The position numbers and the translations under genes were made by a program. From assembly GCF_006345805.1 (NCBI RefSeq), contig NC_043003.1, positions 98,146,001-98,210,000 on the forward strand: 64,000 bases of DNA, in the 5' to 3' direction. The notes beneath the pieces are model-generated. The model saw only the letters and a program-made list of their open reading frames with translations, did no database searches and was not told the DNA's origin. Positions 28,064-41,057 of the stretch are shown here, one piece after another; the stretch's first letter is position 1; every line of letters begins with the position of its first letter. The stretch is from Octopus sinensis. Its lineage: Eukaryota.

Positions 28064-28066
<3 letters not shown>
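27911..28066 (+). mobile_element. (ATT)n-embedded non-coding element, short form
   Basis: First ~100 bp match the reverse complement of 45950-46051; both copies are flanked by ATT/AAT repeats. Confidence 0.65.
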
Positions 28067-28101
<35 letters not shown>

Positions 28102-28115
28102 TATTATTATTATTA

Positions 28116-28180
<65 letters not shown>

Positions 28181-28962
28181 TTGTGAGCTGGCAGAATCGT
28201 TAGCACGCTGGATGAAATGCTTAGTGGTATTTCGCCCCACCCTACGTTCTGAGTTCAAATTGCGCCGAGGTCGTCTTAATTTATCGATGCGGAGAGGGAT
28301 CGACAAATTAAGTACTAGTTGAACACTGGGGTCGATGTAATCGATTTGTCCCTTCCCCTCAAATTTCAGGCCTTGTGCCTTTAGCAGAAAGGATTATTAT
28401 TATTATCATTTTTTTTTTGATATCTTAGTTACAAATGATTTTTGAATGGAAGAGTAACGAATAAGCAGTTGCTTTGTTTTTGACACGGAGTGGAACAAAC
28501 AGTCGCTTTCTGTTGAGTTCTTTAACATTAGCACAATAAACCGGTCGTTGACACCAGAGATACCCAAACCTTATTCTTTGTGATACATGTGTCACATGCC
28601 TCAACACACCGAAATGGTATATTGTTGCATGTTGTCATCTAAATTACAAATATAACACCGTGAACTCCCCTTAAATAGCTCAGCCTATGTGTTGATAAAA
28701 TAAAATAGATTAAAGCTGCACATTTCTAAATATAGTCATTTATAAATTTTGCCACTTAACAACCTGTCCAAATCTATTCTGTAGGGACTCATTCATGCCA
28801 TTGCGCATGCGCATTAATCAGTAAGCCGACCGATAACCCAGCTGTTATACTATCACAACCAAGTTATTATTTTATACCCTACAAACACCCTACCAATAAA
28901 GTAACTTGTAACTTACAGTAATGTATAGTGCGATAAAATGGATTGTGTTCCCCCATAAGAAA

Positions 28963-29053
<91 letters not shown>

Positions 29054-29086
29054 ATACATACATACATACATACATACATACATACA

Positions 29087-29122
<36 letters not shown>

Positions 29123-29127
29123 TATAT

Positions 29128-29326
29128 AAAGGGAAAGTTTACGAAAATAAACAAAAGACGAAGGTAGGTGGAGTACAAACAAACAAATGTATTAGTATAG
29201 CGCCCAGGAATAGAAACAGTCTTTTACATTTCGAGCCTACGCTCTTCTACAGAAAGATACACAGAAAAAAAAACAAGGAGAGAAACAAGGAGAGAAAAAA
29301 ATGCGTGTAGGAGTTAACGATCTATC

Positions 29327-29330
<4 letters not shown>
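29128..29330 (-). mobile_element. HHR-bearing element family E
   Basis: Minus strand 29221-29256 reads CTTT CTGTAGA A GAGC GTAG GCTC GAA ATGT A AAAG. Confidence 0.65.
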
Positions 29331-29365
<35 letters not shown>

Positions 29366-29715
29366 CGTAGTCGTAGCTGTGTGGTAAGAAGTTTGCTTCC
29401 CACCCAAATGGTTCGGGATTTAGTCCCACTGTGTGTCACCTTGGTCTAAGCGTCTTGCACTATTGCCTCGGGCCGACCAAAGCCTTGTGAGTGATTTTGG
29501 TAGAGGGAAACTGAAAGAATCTCGTTGTAAATATATATATCTATATTTATGTGTTTTTGCATCTGTGTTTGTCCCGTTCCATAGCATTATTTGTCCTTCG
29601 TAACATACCAGTTCGGAAAAAATGACCGATAGAATAAGAAGCAGCGTGAGTGTCTGTCTGTATGCATGTATGTATGCATCTAGCCATATATATATATATA
29701 TATATATATATACAT

Positions 29716-29756
<41 letters not shown>

Positions 29757-29984
29757 CAGAGAGAGGGAGAGAAATAGTGATGGGGACGTATTCATACAAA
29801 ACCTCAAAAAACGATACATCCAGTAACAAATAGTATCTAAATATTTAGCAACAGCAGCAGGTGTACCATATCATTTACTGACTGACCTTACATGATTAAA
29901 GATATTTATTCATCGATGGGATATTAACGTCGATATTGACTTCATAAAATAGGTAACTGGATGTTAGTATCATCGTTTATCTCA

Positions 29985-30180
29985 AGGCGGCGAGCTGGCA
30001 GAATCGTTAGCACGCCAGGCGAAACGCTTAGCTGTATTTCGTCCGTCTTCACGTTCTGAGTTCAAATTCCACTGAGATCGATTTTGCCTTTCGTGGTCGA
30101 TAAAATAAGTACCAGTTGAGTACTGGGGTCGATGTAATCGATTTAACTCCTCCCCCGAAATTTCAGGCATTGTAAAAGGA
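29985..30180 (+). mobile_element. SINE family A, older subfamily
   Basis: Head and body match other A copies. Confidence 0.8.
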
Positions 30181-30994
30181 TTATTATCATTTGTCCTACT
30201 GTTAATCAACCCCCGATTTGGCGTCTATGTTCATAGTTTTATTATCCTCGACAATATTTATTTTACTCTAAGCATAGAAATGAATAATTCAAAAGAGATT
30301 TAGCTGCTATTTCGAATGATCACCCTGTTTTTACCTCTTTCATGTAAAACTTGATGGTATTAAACCTATTAAGTGACTTGAAAGAGCCACTATCAGGAAT
30401 AAAACTTAGGCCCAAACCTCATTGCAATAGGAAGGATCCCCTTAATCTATAATGCTCTCTAAATCAGAGTCGAATTGGATTACCCATTCAGTGACATATT
30501 ATTTATGGAGAGGAAAATCATTATTTGTATTGTGTGGGTTGGCGTGTTGGAGAATCGTTAGTCAGATTAAATGCTTAGCGGTATTTCTTCCGGTTCTTTA
30601 AGTTCTGAGTTCAAATCCCGTCGAGGTCAGGTTTGCCTTTCATCCTTTTGGGATTGAGAAAATAAAATACCAATCAGGTGACAGGAAGTGAAAGCGTGTA
30701 GCTTAGTGGTTAGGTTCTCGCACTACCAATCGTAAGATCGCAGTTTTGATTACTGAAACGGGCGGTGAGTAGTTCACTCAGCTGTAAATGAGTAATGCTG
30801 TTACAGTACGGCGTCCCATTAAGGGGTAATGTTGTGAGTTCGGTCAGTTATACGCCATGGGATCTGGGGAATCGGCCCTATGGGTCCTACGACTCGACGA
30901 CTGTAATGTTCAGAGTTCTGTGGTAGATGAAACCGCCTCATTCCTTGCTTTTACAGTTGCCGGCCTTGTGCTTAAATTAGAAACCGTTATATTG

Positions 30995-31430
30995 GTTTAA
31001 AATTTTACCACAAGGCCAGCAATTTTGGGGGAAGGTAATAAGTCGATTACATCGAGCCCAGTTTCAACTGGTACTTATTTTATCGACCCCGAAAGAGATG
31101 AAAGGCAAAGTCAACCTCGGCTAAATTTAAACTCAGAATGTAATAATGAACGAAGTGGCGCTAAGCATTTCCCCCGGTTTGCTAACGATTCTAACAACCC
31201 ACCAACTAAATTAAATGGTTTCAAGTTTTGGAACAAGGCCAGAAATTTCGAGGGAGCGCGTAAGTCGATTACATCGATCCCGTTACTCTACGGGCACGTA
31301 TTATATCGAGCTCGAATGGGATGCAAAGTAAAGTCAGCCTCGGCGGAATTTGAACTCAGAACGTGATGACGGACGAAATGCCACTAAGCATTTTACCCGG
31401 TGTGCTGACACTTCTGTTAGCTCGGCGCCT
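30995..31430 (-). mobile_element. Two adjacent older SINE A copies
   Basis: Two diverged units in tandem. Confidence 0.75.
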
Positions 31431-31590
31431 TAAAGGAACTGTTATATTGTGTTTTATTGTATTGTATTTACTACCACAGAAAAATGAATTAATCTTTCGA
31501 TAAACAGACTTAGAGATTTGGTTTCAGTACTGCTTAAAGCTATCTAATTACACTCGTACTCATTGTTCTAGTAAGATGAACGACAATCAT

Positions 31591-32169
31591 AAGGCGGCGA
31601 ACTGGGAGAATCGTTAGCACGCCGGACGAAATGCTTAGCGGTATTTCGTGTACTGCTACGTTCTGAGTTCAAATTCCGCCGAGGTCGACTTTGCCTTTCA
31701 TCCTTTCGGGGTCGATTAAATAAGTACCAGTTACGCACTGGGGTCGATATAAACGACTTAATCCGTTTGTCTGTCCTTGTTTGTCCTCTCTGTGTTTAGC
31801 CTCTTGTGGATAGTAAAGAAATAGGTATTTTGTCTGCCGCTACGTTCTGAGTTCAAATTCCGCCGAGGTCGACTTTGCCTTTCATCCTTTCGGGATCGAT
31901 TAAATAAGTACCAGTTACGCACTGGGGTCGATATAATCGACTTAATCCGTTTGTCTGTCCTTGTTTGTCCCCTCTGTGTTTAGCCCCTTGTTGGTAGTAA
32001 AGAAATAGCTATTTCGTCTGTCTTTATATTCTGAGTTCAAATTCTGCCGAGGTCGAATTTGCCTTTTATCCTTTGAGAGTCGATAAATTAAGTACCAGTT
32101 GCGTACTGGGGTCAATCTAATAGACTGGCTACCTCTCCACAAATTTCGTGCCTTGTACCTAGACTAAAA
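31591..32169 (+). mobile_element. SINE family A trimer with one head, 184-bp period and outer TSD
   Basis: Junctions before 31824 and 32008; TSD AAGATGAACGACAATCA (31573-31589) / AAGACGAATGACAATCA (32170-32186). Confidence 0.9.
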
Positions 32170-32274
32170 AAGACGAATGACAATCACATCACTTATGACA
32201 ATTTCATCCAAACCATGGTCAAAGTAAATATTTTATTCTAATTGACTAAACTGGTCGATGTGATATTCTTTTAT

Positions 32275-32597
32275 TTTTTTATTCGTTTCATTCATCTGGC
32301 TGCGGCCATGCTGGAGCACCGCCTTTAGTGGAACACATCGACCCCAGGACTTATTCTTTGTAAGCCTAGTACTTATTCTGTTAGTCTCGCTAGTTTACGA
32401 GGACGTAAACACACCAACATCGGTTGTCAAGTGATGATAGGGGAAGACAAACACACACACACACACATGTATATATATACACAACGGGCTTCTTTCAGTT
32501 ACCATCTACGCGTCTTTGGTCGGCACGAGGCTATATAGTAGAAGGCACTTGCCCAAGGTGCCACGCAGTGGGACCGAACCCGGAATCATGTGGTAGT
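32275..32597 (-). mobile_element. SINE family B
   Basis: Reverse-complement match to 10124-10545. Confidence 0.8.
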
Positions 32598-34139
32598 AGT
32601 AATATTATTGTGCTAAACCTATAAAATATCATTTTAGAATCCTTGTTGCAGTTCATACATAAATTTCCTCTTCAGGTCGAAGTACGACAAGTCAAGTGTC
32701 TTGTTCAAGGCCAGAACAGAACAGAACGTAACGGCTGTCACAAGATAGAAAAAAAAAGTATCTCACAACTGACTGATGAGTGGAGAAAATGTGAAACTCT
32801 ATCGCAAACGGCTGTCGTGCTTGCTTGTCAAGTGTCTAAAATAATGTTACCAATTAGAAAGTGAGATGTCAAGCAAGGATAGTGAGGTGGGTGAGTTTAC
32901 GAGTAGGTTGAAGGTGCTTCAAGTCTTTTTTTCCTTTTCTTTTCAACACCTTTCAGCTGATAAAGTTTACCTTTGCTGATTAGCCTGTTTCATTACTCCA
33001 CCTTACTAACTTACACGCGCTGACATCGTACTGCTTACGTTTCATTCATTTTATCTATCCATTAATTTATTTGTTCTTCGCTTATTATCATTCTTTCTTT
33101 ATGTATTTGTACGTTCATTCATTCTTATTGTTGTTGTTGTTGTTGTTGTTAGGTGTGGGAGGATAGTAGAATTGGTAAACTACAATAAAAATGGCCTTCA
33201 GAATTTGGTCATGTCCCATTATGTTCTGAATTCAAAGTTCTGAGTTCAAACCTTTCCGAAGACCACATTGTCTTACAATCATTATTCATTCATTATTTGC
33301 AATAAATAAAGCGGCGAGCTTTGTAGAATCGCTTGCACGCCGAACAAAATACTTATTGACATTTCGTTCGTCTTCACGTCCAAATTCCGCCGAAGTCGAC
33401 TTTGTCTTTCTTTCTTTCGGAGTCGATAAAATAAGTAACAGTTGAACACGGGTCGACCTAATTGACTTACCCCTCCTTCGATATTGCTGGCTTTGTGTCT
33501 AAATTTGAAACCACTGTAGAGTAATAATTAAACTTATGCTCGTATCTCTCCGAATTATTTCCCTTGTTATATTCTTCTTTCGTTTTCCTTCATTACAGAA
33601 ATGTTCAGCTCCTATTGTTAGTCTTCCATATAAGTGTGTTTGTACGGCTTTTTTGGAAGGAACGTCGAACAAGCTTATTCTGAAGTCAGTTTCTCGCAAC
33701 ATTGATCATCGTTGTATGGGTTGTTCTTTTGTACGTGTTCTGTTCTTGTTGCACACGAAATCCAAATTAGATACTGTAAACTCACGCTCATACAAACACA
33801 CAACTATTCACGTAAATACACACATACGCATATGCAGATACAAACGTGCACACACATCTATGCGTAATTAAATGCAGATGTTTCTTGAATTGTTAACTTG
33901 ATTTATCTGTTATTCTTTATTTTTTTACTTGCTTCAGTCATTGGACTACGGCTTAGTCGAACAAATCAACCGCAGGCATTTATTTTATAAACCCAGTACT
34001 TATTCCATAGCTCTCTTATGTCGAACCGCTAAACTACGGGGATATAAATAGTCTAACACGATCTATGAAGCAGTGTTGGGGAACAAACACAACACGAACA
34101 CAAAGAAACATACCTATATATATATATACATATGATGTA

Positions 34140-34810
34140 TTCTCTCGTCGTGGACGACAAATGAGGGTTCAGTAAAATAAAGCAGTAATCATGTTCTCTG
34201 GACACAAATGCGTCCCCTGAGGCCTGCTGGTACCTTGCAAACGTTTTTGAGAAGTGGGAGTAGTTGAAGACTCAGTTTGTGGATCATTTACCAAGTGTTT
34301 TCTTGAATGGACAACATGCTTGCTTTGCTTCGTGCCACAAACCCACGATGACATTTAGAAGAGCAGCATTTTGCCGGCGTGCATTCATAATTGCTCGAAG
34401 TTGGTCCCGATGTTGGAGTCGACTTTGCTCAAATCTTAGAACCGAGGAGAAACAGGACTGGTGCCAAGTCCTGCGTTCTGATGCTTTGTTTTTCCAGGAA
34501 GGAAAGGGAATTTTGCATTGATTCAGATAGTCTTTTAGTTTGCCTTTGAAGCGCAAGAGTGGCCATCCAACTGACCTTCCTGTTGGGAATTGGCCAAAAG
34601 AAGTTGCTTCGGAATTCTGTTATCACTCATTCGTGACAGATGACCTGACCACCTAAGCAGTATTTTGATGAGGATGGCTTCAATACCTGGTACGTTGCAT
34701 TTTGTTTGCACCTCACTGTTTTGAATATGATCAATCGGTTTTATGTCGGTGGTAGTACGCAAGCATTGCCTCTGATGAGTGTCAAGCGGTTTGCTTTCCT
34801 GTGGGTATAC
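34140..34810 (-). mobile_element. RTE-clade LINE 3' fragment
   Basis: GIEAILIKILLRWSGHLSRMSDNRIPKQLL and RFKGKLKDYLNQCKIPFPSWKNKASERRTW match the RTE C-terminal region. Confidence 0.85.
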
Positions 34811-34840
34811 ATAAATATCTCATTTATTTCCCATAAGTAT

Positions 34841-34896
34841 GCTCTGCTGATGAGGAAAAGCCATTGGACAAATCCAGGAATTGATCAATTGAGAGC
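34841..34896 (+). ncRNA. Degenerate type I hammerhead motif in an element related to 7870-8010
   Basis: GCTCTG CTGATGA GGA...TCC AG GA ATTGATCAAT T GAGAGC: canonical CUGAUGA, palindromic helix III, 5-bp stem I; the GAAA side is imperfect. Confidence 0.5.
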
Positions 34897-35146
34897 TATG
34901 TTGTTATTAATGTCCATTAGCTTGTTCTCTCGATTTCAACACAAGTGTAACTTTGTGATGATCGTCAAAGTGTTGAGACGATTTAGCGTCTTTTTTCAGC
35001 TTATGGGCTAGAGTTTTTTTCTATGCCCTTAATTATAATCTCTATATTATTATATATATAATTATAATTATAATTGTATATATGACCTTAACAGGTCTAT
35101 TTTTATATACTGACCACTGATGAAATTTAAAAAAAAATGTTCATCC

Positions 35147-35209
<63 letters not shown>

Positions 35210-36249
35210 GTTGTTGTTGTTGTTGTTGTTGTTGTTATTATTGTTGTTATTATCATTATTATATGTATATACACACACACATATATTATATATATAGACA
35301 CACACATATAGATAGACACACACACACACACATATATATATACAGCTAGAGATGTACATATATATATTGATAAATATTTACATGCACACACACACATATA
35401 TGTATGTATAGATAGACAGACTGATAGATACATATACATATATATAATATACAATACATGCACACTCAGGCACACATACACACATATATTATATACGCAT
35501 ACATACATGCAGACACACATACGAACATACACATGCACATACATACATGAAGATATCTAAGAGAGCTGTATTAATGACTACATGTCAGGTTCGGCTTGAT
35601 AATTAAACGGAAAATACCTGATAACCTAGATTTTCGTTTATCAAATAAAATAAATACATAAAATAATACAGAAAAAAATTAACAAAAATTCGAAGGTAAA
35701 AAGAAATAGTGAAAATAACAAAACAAAGCAGAAACAGTTAAACTAAAGAGACAGCAAAAAATTGCTTTGCGCTTTTTCGTCCTTGCCATGTTTTAAAGAC
35801 TACACACCTTTAATCGGTACACCTTAAATTAATAAGCTCTTAGTAAATGAGGCAACTTTATCTGTAATTTTTAGTAGTCGACACATATTTTGGCCATAAG
35901 CCTCGTTCTATCTAACCGGACTTCCACCCACGACGACGATCAGTTCCATCCCATCATCACCAATCATCACTGACAAACGCCTACAACCGACCATCATCAT
36001 CATCATCATCATCACCATCGTCGTCGTCGTCGTCGTCGTCGTCATCATCATCGTCGTTGCTGACGTTGTCGTCGTTATCATCATCATCATCATCAACACA
36101 ACCTCGGGCACGTTTCATTATTTTTGGATCCTCACCAGCTTCTTCTACAAGAATATGCATACACACTTATATACGTAGGCACCCTCATAGATGGATGTGT
36201 GTCGGCGTATATATATATAAACATATTTATACATCCTCATGTATAACCT

Positions 36250-36382
36250 ATATATATATTTATATTATATATAGGCATATATACGAAATATACATGTATA
36301 TATATATATATATACATATACACATATATAATATATTTATATATATATATACATGTATACTTCATATATATATATATATATA

Positions 36383-36414
<32 letters not shown>

Positions 36415-36770
36415 GTATATATATATGTATATTATATATATATATATATGTATGTAATATATCTATGTATATTATATTGTATGTATATATATATGTATAT
36501 ATATATATGTATGTATATATGTATATATATATGTATGTATATATATATGTATATATATATGTATATATATATGTATATATATATATGTATGTATATATAT
36601 ATGTATATATATATGTATATATATATGTATATATATATATGTATGTAATATATATATGTATATATATATGTATATATATGTATGTATATATTATATATGT
36701 ATATATATATGTATATATATATATATGTATATAATATATATATATAATATATATATATATACACCCACAC

Positions 36771-36820
<50 letters not shown>

Positions 36821-36827
36821 GTATACA

Positions 36828-36870
<43 letters not shown>

Positions 36871-36872
36871 TA

Positions 36873-36914
<42 letters not shown>

Positions 36915-36925
36915 CACACATATAT
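36250..36925. repeat. Long degenerate (TA)n/(TATG) microsatellite
   Basis: Directly visible. Confidence 0.95.
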
Positions 36926-37230
36926 ACTGCTTTGTATGTATTACATATTTATACACGGAGATTTCCGTTTCACTTATTTTCTCAAATAACATTTGCGAAT
37001 ATCTTATTGTTTTAATTATACTTTTGTTTTCATCTACTTTTTCTTACTTTAAATATTTATGTGTGTGTATGACTGTGTGAGTGTGTGTCTATGGATACAT
37101 ACATACACACACACACACATATATATATATATTATATATAATATATTTATATATTATATTATTTTATATTATACATATATGTATTATATTATATATATAT
37201 ATTATATTATATATATATATTATATCTATC

Positions 37231-37294
<64 letters not shown>

Positions 37295-37389
37295 CACACA
37301 CATATATAAAGCTATATATATTATATATGTTTATGTGTGTATGTGTGTGGATTTCTATACACACATCCACATTTATACATCTAAACACA

Positions 37390-37413
37390 TGTAAACACAC
37401 ACTCACAAACACA

Positions 37414-37470
<57 letters not shown>

Positions 37471-37586
37471 AACACTTCTTGTTTCTACGTTTCCTCTGTG
37501 AATGAAATCTCGTTATACCAAAACTTAATATTGCAGAAATTTAACAGTTCCATTATGAACAACTATACACGCGCGCACTCACGCAG

Positions 37587-37673
<87 letters not shown>

Positions 37674-37770
37674 CCCACACACACCCATACACAGACGCAC
37701 CCACACACGCGCATACGCACACACACACACACATAGACACAGAAACATACACACACACACACAAATACAC
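37390..37770. repeat. (CA)n microsatellites
   Basis: Directly visible. Confidence 0.9.
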
Positions 37771-38114
37771 ATATAATGTAATTCACGTTATTTAGCCGTC
37801 TCTGGAATTTCCTGCTGAAATTTGACTCGCCCTATGAAGTACCATCTTGTGTTATTAGTGAACACAAAGCAATCAGCTGGTCACACTTGGTTTGCTTTTG
37901 CGTTCTGGGTTCTTGCTCCTACTATATCATACCATATGTGTTGCAATTTCTTAATTCCTGAAAATACAATAATTTTAAAGAATTATTCTGTTTTCTTTTT
38001 ATGCCATAATATCACGTAAAAGAAAAGCGATATCACATTACAAATTAAAGATTGTGAAAAAAGAAAAAAATTTGCATGCGTTAAAATCGAAGTAATGTTG
38101 CATAATAATAATAA

Positions 38115-38850
38115 TCCTTTTCTACTAAAGACAGAAGGCCTGAAATCTATCGGGGGGTATGGGATAGTAGATTACATCGACCCCAGTGTTCCACTGGTAC
38201 TTGATTTATCGACTCCGAAAGGATAAAAGGCAAAATCGACCTCGGCAGAATTTGAACTCAGAACGTAGCGACGAGCGAAATACCTATTTCTTTACTGCCC
38301 ACAAGGGGCTACACACAGAGGGGACAAACAAGAACAGACAAACAGATTAAGTCGATTATATCGACCCCGAAAGGATGAAATCAAAGTCGGCCTCGGCGGA
38401 ATTTGAACTCAGAACGTAGCGGCAGACGAAATACCTATTTCTTTACTACCCACAAGGGGCTACACACTGAGGGGACAAACAAGGACAGACAAACAGATTA
38501 AGTCGATTATATCGACCCCAGTGCGTAACTAGTACTTATTTAATCGACCCCGAAAGGATGAAAAGCAAAGTCGACCTCGGCGGAATTTGAACTCAGAACG
38601 TAGCGGCAGACGAAATACCTATTTCTTTACTACCGACAAGGGGCTAAACACAGAGAGGACAAACAAGGATAGACAAACGGATTAAGTCGATTATATCGAC
38701 CCCAGTGCGTAACTGGTACATTTTTAATCGACCCCGAAAGGATGAAAGGCAAAGTCGGCCTCGGCAGTATTTGAACTCAGAACGTAGCAGCAAACGAAAT
38801 ACCGCTAAGCATTTAGTCCAGCGTGCTAACGATTCTGCCTGCTAACGATT
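38115..38850 (-). mobile_element. SINE family A tetramer (three young units plus one old unit)
   Basis: Identical junction GAAATACC|TATTTCTTTACT after 38284, 38435 and 38619. A separate older copy lies at 38875-39090. Confidence 0.9.
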
Positions 38851-39131
38851 ATGATGATACTAATAATAGTAATTATTTCTACCCTAGGCACAAGGCCTTG
38901 AAAATTTTGAGGTGAGGGGGAAGTCGATTACATCGACTCCAGTGCGTAACTGGTACTTATTTCATCGACCCCGAAGAGATGAAAGGCAAAGTCGACACCG
39001 GCGGAATTTGAATTCAGAATGTAACGATGGGCGAAATATCGCTAAGCATTCCACCAGACATGCTAACGACTCTGCCAGCTCGCCGGCTTAATAATAATAG
39101 TAATCATAACAACAACAACAACAACAACAAC

Positions 39132-39170
<39 letters not shown>

Positions 39171-39592
39171 TATTATTATTTGCACTATTAACTTTAAAGA
39201 CATAATGAATCAATTTTAATGCAAAATTCAAGAGAGCATAACGCTCTCCAGTCAACATACACACGCCATAAAATTATGGAAATATAGAAATAATGTTAAG
39301 TGTTTGGGTAAATGATTTTCTTACAGCGTTATTTGCCACTGTTCGAAACCATTGACCAATAATAGGCATTAGATTAAAAAAATCAGTCGAAGCATGAAGA
39401 ATGTGAGAATGTCCCTGAAGTCTTTGTTACTACTCGTAGATGTTTCAAACTTCCTGTAGAGTTTTAAACTTCTATTGATCTCATCTCATTAGCATTCGGG
39501 TTGAGTAATAAGAGATATTAGCATGTGCTTATATCCAGATTGCATCGGAGTTTCCAGCCTAATTGAAATGTTTTATAGAAAGGGGTAATATA

Positions 39593-39626
<34 letters not shown>

Positions 39627-39628
39627 TA

Positions 39629-40039
39629 ATATAGAGGGTACTATTATTCATAGATACCGCACGCTAGGAGGGGCCCTTGCGGCCATAACTACTAAAATAC
39701 GGTTGGCTGTCGGGTTTGTAATGTTATGTTTTTTCTTATATGTCTTGAGTTTGTTGCACTGATGAGCATAGAATGCATATTCTGCATTAATTGCGAAATC
39801 ACAAGTGATATGTAACTAAATTCTTTTTTTAAATGACTTGCTTTGAAGTTTTGCATTTGGTACAGTTTGTTTATTTTAGTAGTTTTGGCCGCAAGGGCCC
39901 CTCCTAGCGTGCGGTATCTATGAATAATAGTACCCTCTATATAATATAAATAAACATTTTCAATTTACGGACTTTTTCTCTTACGAGGTTTTTCACGCTA
40001 ACTACTGATAATTTCTTATAAAGATTTTATCCTCAATTT

Positions 40040-40043
<4 letters not shown>
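39629..40043 (+). mobile_element. Penelope-like non-coding element with 71-bp inverted repeat enclosing a hammerhead ribozyme
   Basis: Arms 39629-39699 / 39872-39942 (1 mismatch); ~100-bp tail; (TA)n on both sides. Confidence 0.75.
39753..39816 (+). ncRNA. Canonical type I hammerhead ribozyme
   Basis: Stem I GTTGCA/TGTAAC; core CTGATGA (39759-39765); stem II GCA/TGC; GAA; stem III ATCA-caag-TGAT; cleavage triplet AUA, predicted cut after 39810. Confidence 0.85.
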
Positions 40044-40074
<31 letters not shown>

Positions 40075-40515
40075 CTAGGAGTGTAGCCCGGCGTTTCTCA
40101 GGTTTGGATTTTTTAGTTGCGCTTAAAACGGCAGACTTTGATGTCGCGTTAACAAAGTTTTGACATAGTTTCAATCTTTTTTGAAAAGTAAACATTTGGC
40201 ATTATGTAGCTTGTTATCCTCTTTAAGTGAACATTTATCTGGTTGAAATACACCGAAAAATGGCGACACAGCAGTCAAAAATCGTAAAAAATATTGATTT
40301 TCATAGAAAGAAAGCATCTTTCTGATGTAAATAATTTTTGGTTTTAACATGGTCCGATTTGAATTTTTTCTTCTACGGAATGAAGAGCAAACCTTCTTCT
40401 ATCATACTCTCAATTTTGGTCAACTTGCGCCGCAGGGTCTCGGAAGAGATAGTGTTAGTTGAAGCTAACTAAACCGGCCACACACACACAGACAACTTCC
40501 GCTTCATATGTAAAT
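40075..40515 (-). mobile_element. Non-autonomous Helitron, diverged
   Basis: Minus-strand 3' CTAG (40075-40078) preceded by an imperfect hairpin; ends resemble those of 48675-49186. Confidence 0.6.
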
Positions 40516-40542
40516 ATATATATATATATAAATATATATATA

Positions 40543-40705
40543 CCTCTTTTTATTCTCTCTCTGTTTATTTCCTCGTGTTCCTTTCTGTTAAAGAGCGTAG
40601 GCTCGAAACGTAAAACACTTCCTCCCCTTCCCGAGCGTCAAACTATTACACCTGCTTGTTGTTTATACACCCGTTTTCGTATTTTGTTTTTCTGTAAATC
40701 TCAAC
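40543..40705 (+). mobile_element. HHR-bearing element family E
   Basis: 40581-40616 reads CTTT CTGTTAA A GAGC GTAG GCTC GAA ACGT A AAAC. Confidence 0.6.
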
Positions 40706-41007
40706 TATATATATATATATATGTATACATGCATACATACATGCGTACATACATACATACATACATACATACATACATACATACATACATACATACATAC
40801 ATACATACATACATACGTACGTACATACGTACATACATATAACGGTCTTGTTCTCAGCTTGATAAATGGCGAAATAAATATTATTTCGACCAGGAAACTC
40901 CGGGTATCTGTATTTAACAAGATTTGTGGCTTTTTTTTTATCATAACATCATCTTTACTTTCTTAGCTGATCGTGTGGTTTTCTACTTGCTGTCCCATTA
41001 CCATATA

Positions 41008-41057
<50 letters not shown>

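Noticed and set aside
28020-28066. Faint resemblance of CCTGGTACTGCA to the U2 snRNA 3' stem-loop
   Set aside because: The match is too short, and the rest of U2 (branch-recognition sequence, Sm site) is absent.
28802-28813. Perfect NRF1/EWG-type palindrome TGCGCATGCGCA
   Set aside because: A single motif with no promoter context or nearby gene evidence.
38115-38850. Regularly spaced repeats resembling a CRISPR array
   Set aside because: The units are whole ~184-bp SINE bodies with no unique spacers; the context is eukaryotic and there are no cas genes.
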